Shown: positions 56,948-64,000 of the stretch, piece after piece
Position numbering within the stretch: position 1 is the first letter of the stretch
Layout of the letters: each line of letters begins with the position of its first letter
Position numbers and translations under genes: made by a program
NCBI GenBank assembly: GCA_048013815.1
Contig: CM106585.1
Location: forward strand, 14,260,001 to 14,324,000
Origin: Setoptus koraiensis
Lineage: Eukaryota; Animalia; Arthropoda
Direction of reading: 5' to 3'
Length of the DNA: 64,000 bases
Notes under the pieces: generated by a model
What the model was told of the DNA's origin: nothing
The model's input: the letters and a program-made list of their open reading frames with translations, nothing else
Databases searched by the model: none

Positions 56948-57881
56948 GGATGTTCTTTCTCGGCGGTGCGTGTAAACACGACCTCGTTGCTGGCCCTGAA
57001 TGGACAGTTATGAATGAATAAAATATATATTTAGAATGCGGTATATAGAAGATCGATTAGTCTGGCGCATAATGTCGTTTTGTGATTTAGTTAGTGTGCA
57101 CAATCTGTGACTACTTACAGGCTGCTTTGGCTTACATCGGAGAAAAAGGCTATTAATATATTCACTATTTTGTTCTGAAGTGTCCATATTTGAAAATATT
57201 CTTGCTATTGGTGTCGCTGATATAATAATATAATAATAATTCAATAATGTTAAGTAAAAATTGGAATCGATGCTGTTGGTTCGATGATGCTAAGAGGAAC
57301 TTTCTCTGAGTTCGTTCATTTATATGGTTCGTTAACGGTAATAATAGTTACATGTCATAAATGTACATATATGTATTCATATGAAACAATATTGGCCCGC
57401 TAGGCGAGGTTCCCTGAGTATTATTGGTGCTGGCGCTTTCGTTAGGCGAATGTGGAACTAGTTTAGGTTGCTATCATGCTGTTAATTGCATTGATATTTA
57501 AATTCATTGCAATAATAATAATGATAATAATAATAGTAATAATATAGTAGTAGATAAATAACGAATTTTTGTATATAATAGTCACATATTAGTGATGATG
57601 CGATGGGATCTAAGCCGTCGCTTAGACAAGCGGCCCTGGTTGAGGTACGACAAGAGAGAATTCGGAAATATTCGGTCATCTGTAATGTTGAATGAATAAT
57701 ACAAAGAGGGACTCCTTTCGGGAGCACACACACACTCACGCACAAACACATAAATCGTTTGCTCACGTTAACGGACTATTATATACGGTATATGATATAT
57801 TTATATGTATGTGCTCTATCGTTATATGCCAATACACACCATTGCACGAGTTATATAAATGAAGCACTCGAGTGGTAGGCA

Positions 57882-57884
<3 letters not shown>

Positions 57885-57924
<40 letters not shown>
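57885..57924 (+). repeat. (AC)20 microsatellite
   Basis: Direct reading; upstream of X11. Confidence 0.9.
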
Positions 57925-57926
<2 letters not shown>

Positions 57927-59704
57927 ACACACAATTGGGCCCGAAGAATGGGCAATTCTCTATGACGTTCTCTATGGCAATAGCAACGTCATGATGACAA
58001 AAATACGTTTCGCCCCCGTTTTGTACGCGGGGCCCCAAACAGACTCAACGACACGCGTTTCTCGTCCGTGCTCCCACCCTCCTTCCCCTGCTCCCCTATA
58101 TACCTAACGTTAATCATCTATTGCGCATGCCCGCCAACAGCATCAAGGTATGCCACACAATATACACGTTCGAAGGGGCGAATCTGCGCCAGAAAAGTCT
58201 CGAATGGTCTCGACTATTCTCCTGCCTGCTCCCCCATATGATTGTGCCTCTGACATTGTGAGGTTCCTACGGTCTATCTAATTTTGGGTTTTTACGCGAT
58301 ACCTTCATTGGATTGATTCCTCGTACGTACACAAACATACACACTAGACCATACTTATCGACAGACATACCCCGTACACCGTGGCAACCCCATGGACTGC
58401 ACTGTGAATTTTTCCAGATGCCCTCCATGCTTAGTTCAAAGCAATCACGCTTGGAGTCGCTCGAGAAACTGGTGGCCAGTGTACGTCAGTCTCCCCTTTT
58501 TTCCTTCTTGGTCAATTGATTGGATAAGTCCGTTCAAGAATGCAGATATAAACTTGTAGACCTCGAGATTTCGGCAATATACAAGCGACAAGCATGGGGC
58601 AAAAATTAGGCGCGCACACGTTACATAAAGTGGTCGCTTGACAAATGACACCAGACGGAAATGTTGTGTACGCTGGACCCCCTCGCGACTTTTAACACAA
58701 TGTGCTGCAACGCACAAAATTGCATATTATAGACCCAATTCGTCAGAACCCAATCCACTGTGCGCTTGTATATCCAATCAGCCATAGAATATAAAGCGCT
58801 GTTCCGAGAAACTGAAGCATGAATGAACTATGCAACACACACAAATGGCCTCTGTTTTTTTTTCTTCGCGCTCCTAAGCCAAGTTATTGCCGAGCACACA
58901 AAGGGGCGCGTTCTGTTCGGTTGCAACTGGGAATTACAGTTAGTGCAGTCGAAAAAAAAAAGAATCCAACTACATTGTGTATTTTGATGGTGAAACACTT
59001 TAATTGTGCGAACATTTTTTGGCCCCATTTCACAAACGAACAAAAGCGACAACAACATTGGAAAATTTGTTTGATTTGTGCTTGTGCAGATGGCGTGCCA
59101 GTACGTGACATCCGCCCGAATACCGAGCCGAAGGGAACCAAGCAATTCGACTTGTTAGAAATGGTTGGACTTGTTTATGGGTGCTCTGTAGCTAGCGACT
59201 TTCAAGTGCAATCGGACAAAGCAACGTTTGCAGTTCGGACACTGCAAACGTTGCTTTGTCCGATCACTGATTGGCTACAGAACATTTATGCTCGTCATGG
59301 TGATGATGCAATCTGTCTTCGTTGTGGGCTACCTGGCGTAAACAAAACAAGATGTGTAATGATGAGGTGATTAAGTCGCGCTGATTGGGCCGCGCGCATT
59401 CCGTTTATGAACTACAAATGCAACTAAAGCACAAATCGTGCCTACTGCGGGCAGCGCCTCCACTGAACTTATGGCTCACAAAGCAGACAAAATACCCAAT
59501 ACAGCGGCACACTGAGCACTATATTTAGCATTCTGTAATTCTGGGTACAGCACACCGAACCCAATCGAACTAGTTTGCGTAGCTTGCTGGTCAGTGAAAC
59601 ATATTCGATGTCACCCGATTCCCAGTGAAAAATCTAACTATCGAATAGCTTGAAAAACGTAACATAGTAAACAACACATAATAGAGTTCACATTTTTATT
59701 TAAA

Positions 59705-61420
59705 CTATACTGAGGTTTGACCGTTGTCATAATCAATCCAATCGTTAGCCTCACAAAGAAGCTGAGTGGGCGTCTTACCCTGGGCCTGAGCTAACTGACA
59801 TACGACCAGATAGAAAATGTACTCATCAAACAATAATCTTATGAGATGGAATGATCCAAATGACGAAGAAGACCTTAATGTGAGATCTTTCATAATTAAG
59901 GAACTGTAGAAATTCCATCTAAGCAAGAAACGCCTGGCAGATTCGATATCGCCTTCCCGTATATTGGATTTCACTAAATCTCGACACCAGTCATCCCAAA
60001 CTTCCGAGGGTTTAGGACTATGGATCAGCACCATGAATTTCGATACAATCTGGTCGGGCACATCACTGGCACATCTTGTGATGAGAGTCGCTTGATTCTG
60101 GACATCTTTGAGATCTACGCGGCCAAGGTCCATATACATCTGCTGCATGGTAGCCTTACTATCCCAAACTGGTCTAGCCGATGTGGCCAAATGATTCAAA
60201 GCCGTGTATCGTCGTAACGTGTATCCTAGAGCTCGCGCTGCCTTAGACTTAGCTGAAGAGAAACTGGATCCATAATCTTGCACAGCCTTTTCCATCCAAG
60301 GACCTATATTTTTGGCAAACTGTCTTATTTCTTGATTTAGTTCTCTTGGAACAGGAGATAGGAGATCTGGTAGTAGACCTGTTTCAATGGCTGAATATAA
60401 ATTATGATCTGTTTGGACAATCCAGTCGTTTAATATGGAGTTCGACATAGTCAATCGATATAGTACTTTAAAATTAATTTCAGATGATTCGTCTGGATGC
60501 CAGAACTTATACCATATCCTTTCGACTTCATTAAACCTCAGGTTGAATATAGACTCGATTAATTCGCGATAGTGAGCTTGGTACATCTTTTCAAAAGTAG
60601 TCAACATATCTGGGGACACAACACCATTGTAGGAGCCGTCGATGATTTGTTCATTAAGCGGCAACCAGTTATCATCGACTAGGCTACTGAATTCTGAAAT
60701 TAAATAGGATTGCAGTACGTTATGGTTGACCGCGTGATGTGTGTGAACGTCTTGAGGAGAATCAACTTCATTGTTATCATCCAAGTTGGTATCATCAGTG
60801 TCAATGTTGTTCGATAGAGAGGAGCTGGCCGAAGTTCTTAGTTTCTTTCTCGGGCTATCACCAACACTAGCGTCAGTTTTAGAGTTGGAAGAATCGTTGT
60901 GTTCTTCCCGTTGGTTACAGTCTGAGTTTGGTCCCAACAATGACAAGTTGGACTTGATCTTTATACCATAATAATGGTATCTCGAGTTTCCACGTGTACC
61001 TAAACGTCTAGTCTTGAGATTGGCGAACACTGACCGAATAAGTTTGCCAAAGGAAGCTGGATTAACTGGTTCTACATTACATTTGGAACAAAAGTTCTGA
61101 TAATGCATATAAACTATAGAGCGAGCGATTGATTCTCCATCAACCATTTCGTAAGTGTCCAAGAGCCACTCTATAATATAACTAAGGCCTTCGGAAACTC
61201 CCTCAATTTGCTTATGCCTGGTCCCTTTCTTGAAGTGATTCACCGACATGATATGACTGTTGGCCGAGGGCATCTCGATATGGTCGCCATGGTTGTTATC
61301 CGCTATGTTTTGGATTGCCATCATGTTATTTCCATGATCTATTATGGTCTGATTAGCGTTAATATTGTGTTGTTGATGATTAGAGTTGTTATTGTTTGCT
61401 GCAAAGTAAAGTGAATGCAT
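59705..61420 (-). CDS. Rfx: RFX winged-helix transcription factor (RFX1-3/DAF-19 type), 571 aa
   Basis: DNA-binding domain WLLDTYE...NPASFGKLIRSVFANLKTRRLGTRGNSRYHYYGI. Downstream domains include LRRYTALNHLA and FLLRWNFYSSLIMKDLTLRSSSSFGSFHLIRLLFDEY. Confidence 0.96.
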   Translation of the reverse strand: MHSLYFAANNNNSNHQQHNINANQTIIDHGNNMMAIQNIADNNHGDHIEMPSANSHIMSVNHFKKGTRHKQIEGVSEGLSYIIEWLLDTYEMVDGESIARSIVYMHYQNFCSKCNVEPVNPASFGKLIRSVFANLKTRRLGTRGNSRYHYYGIKIKSNLSLLGPNSDCNQREEHNDSSNSKTDASVGDSPRKKLRTSASSSLSNNIDTDDTNLDDNNEVDSPQDVHTHHAVNHNVLQSYLISEFSSLVDDNWLPLNEQIIDGSYNGVVSPDMLTTFEKMYQAHYRELIESIFNLRFNEVERIWYKFWHPDESSEINFKVLYRLTMSNSILNDWIVQTDHNLYSAIETGLLPDLLSPVPRELNQEIRQFAKNIGPWMEKAVQDYGSSFSSAKSKAARALGYTLRRYTALNHLATSARPVWDSKATMQQMYMDLGRVDLKDVQNQATLITRCASDVPDQIVSKFMVLIHSPKPSEVWDDWCRDLVKSNIREGDIESARRFLLRWNFYSSLIMKDLTLRSSSSFGSFHLIRLLFDEYIFYLVVCQLAQAQGKTPTQLLCEANDWIDYDNGQTSV

Positions 61421-62241
61421 CTTGACTTGACTAGTAGATGTTGTTCGTCACTTTTTTTTGCAAAGATAATCTTATTTTCAACAAAAACGAAGTAACTTGA
61501 TGTTTGAACACAGGTAGTCTATTATTAAAAATTATGATGTTTGGCTAGATTGTTGTACCCAAGTGAAAGTTGGGGTATATACACAAATGTTGTTGTGTTT
61601 CGTAGGAATAGTGCAGTATGACAACTGAAATGACTAGTTCATGGATGCAATTACACTGGGCAACTTGTTGATGTCGATTACAATTTTTTTTTGCTGTTAT
61701 GATGATGATGATTGAGAGTAGTAGTAGTGATGGTGCTATACAGATACACAGACACACACACACACACTTACACGCACATACACAAACAATATTAGCTATA
61801 TTTGTTATAATTAAACAACAAGTTTTATCGCTTCGTTTCCAGGACAACAATATCATAGATTTAGCCTACTATTCCTCTGTTGTGTTTCATAAAGATCCAC
61901 AAGATTATACAAATATGCTTGCTAGTTGATGGTTCAATCGAGAGATGTATATAGCTACTATTGTAATAAATAGTTGTTATTATATGGACTAGTGTAGTGC
62001 CTATCAGTTAGTGCAATAATAATAATGTTGCGTGGCCGCCGCTAGTGTAGTCATTAGGCTGCTGTAATCATAGCTCGCACTATTCCTTTGGTCGAATGGT
62101 GTTGAGCTATTGTTGTTTGCAATAATTAGAGAGTGGTTCGATGGCTGGTGACATGATCCGAACAACCGGTGATGAGCGAATGAATTATTGTTTTTGGAGC
62201 TTGCAAGTATGATGTGTGTGAGTCGTGTGCGTGAGTGTGTG

Positions 62242-62260
62242 TATATATATATATATATAT
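62242..62260 (+). repeat. (TA)n microsatellite flanked by TG repeats
   Basis: Direct reading. Confidence 0.85.
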
Positions 62261-62947
62261 GTGTGTGATAAACTCCTGATAAATTGAGTCTATTTCCGTT
62301 CCTGATAGGCAATGTTGTTATTTATTGTTTTATAATGTCGTTTTTTCTTAATGAGATTGAAAATGTGACTCTGTGAATAGACTTCGGGGGCGCTTCTGTT
62401 CCTCGAATGGGTTCACTAGGATCTTTTCTCGAATATAAAAATAATAGTAGTATGCATACGCAGACGTGATGTCTCTTGTTTTAAATAATATCGGGTTATT
62501 TGCTTCGTTCATCGATTAATTTCCATTTAATATTACTATTGTCTGCTTTACAACGAGTGCTGTTGTTGCTGTTGCAAGAGATTGCCAATCAGGCAAGCAC
62601 AATATTACAGAACGGAATAGCCAAGCCTCTTGTTGGACCCGCTTAGGCCGCAGGTATTATTATTGTTTTGTTCTAGCAAAGATTTTACTATTGATAATGG
62701 TGACCATGTGTGTGTGTGTCTAAATAGTATATTCAATATAAATTAATTCTTTATCCGTTTATCCATCTGCTCGGCTCGCTGATCCAGTTGTTCTACATAT
62801 CAGACTAGTGATGGTATAGACACACAAATAACACATATTTCACTAGTGTCATTTTGTTCTCTTGCTTCAACGTGTTTGTCTGCTATGCATTGCGAGCTGC
62901 TCGTTGCTAGGAGACGTGCGGCACTGTTTGTCACAAACAGTTTGTGA

Positions 62948-62996
62948 GTGTGTGTGTGTGTGTGTGTGCGTGTGTGTGCGTGTGTGTGCGTGTGTG
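62948..62996 (+). repeat. Compound (TG)n/(TGTGTGTGCG)n microsatellite
   Basis: Direct reading. Confidence 0.9.
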
Positions 62997-64000
62997 CAAG
63001 CGTTAGTGCGTCAATATCGAACTAACAGCCGAGTTGCTGCAGGCTGCAGCTGTACAAAAGGTTGAAATGTCGCTTGCAAAAAGCCTCTATTATGTGCAAT
63101 GTTGCACACATGTATTCACAAGCGCATGGCGCCATATCTATTCGTCTATACAGACTGCATCAGACACGAAATAGACAAACTCATGTGCGCAGTTTGGCGC
63201 GAGCCAACCATGGTACAATGTAAAAAGTGCACACGCTAACTAGACTAGATGTGACACTGTGTGCTTTGCATAAACTGTTGGACGTTGAACTGTTTCAATT
63301 GTGAATGAAATAATGGCGCCTCTAGTGAACAACCACACAATATAGTCGAATTATTGTTCAGGTATAACCAATGTTTCTTATCTAATCAAAACTGAAACTC
63401 TTGCGCCATGCGTGTCTGCTTCGACGGGCCCTTCCAAGCAAACACTCAAGTTCATTATCCCTCAAAGTGCGAGACACAAGTTTGTTGATAGTTTTGCCCA
63501 AAGATATGAATAGATCGTGGAAGCCGAGTGAGAAAAGGCTCGAATCAGTTAGCGGATAAGTCTCCATAGGAATGGGTGCCTGGTAGATGTTTACTATAGA
63601 ACTAGACCTGATTGGGCACCATTCTTACAAGGAAACCCCGCCGGGTGATCCACTGGGATTAGGTTCTCGCTGGTCTGGTTCGACTCAGCTCGAGCAACTG
63701 AGTAAAATGAGCGCATCTAGCCCCAACTTTTTCCGACTTTTTGCAATAAATCGATGGAATTTTCCAATTTTCAGACCCCCCTTAGATTTCGTGGTTGATG
63801 CCTCTAGAGCATGAACAGATGAAAATAAGCAGATGAAAAATTTGAGGCAGTGCAGAAAGTTGGGAAAAGTCGTGGCTAGGTATATAGTCCACAATGAATC
63901 AACAGTAGCTTTTATGAACTCTGCTGACCGAGAGCTACGAGAAATGACCACCCTTACATCCGCTCTATCGCTATTGGTGCACCTGAAGCAGTAGCGATGG

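Noticed and set aside
63382-64000. Minus-strand frame open from the window edge to 63685, plus ORF 63382..63567
   Set aside because: May be the 3' part of a gene outside the window, but there is no recognisable motif to support a call.

Overview
Eukaryotic, AT-rich, gene-dense and intron-poor genomic DNA from an arthropod. By inference it is an acariform mite, possibly eriophyoid, based on a cytosolic bacterial-type UGT, mostly intronless housekeeping genes and an arthropod muscle Mhc. Genes in order: a gustatory-receptor-like 7TM gene (-), UDP-glycosyltransferase (+), uridine phosphorylase (+), an allatotropin/orexin-type GPCR with a ~1,240-aa third intracellular loop (-), a secreted papain-family protease (+), a short SAP130-C-domain gene carrying an Spt5-type N-terminus (+), Spt5 (-), Cdc20/fizzy (+), BBS2 (+), muscle myosin heavy chain with four pairs of mutually exclusive exons (-), SNIP1 (+), X11/Mint (-) and Rfx (-). 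The most unusual structure is a ~712-bp, ~99%-identical inverted duplication of the Spt5 upstream region and first 33 codons. It places the same promoter and N-terminus on Spt5 and on a convergent SAP130-like gene, making a chimeric gene inside a potentially invertible 4-kb cassette that may be gene-converted. Family assignments come from motif recognition by eye and splice sites were inferred by hand. No database searches were run.
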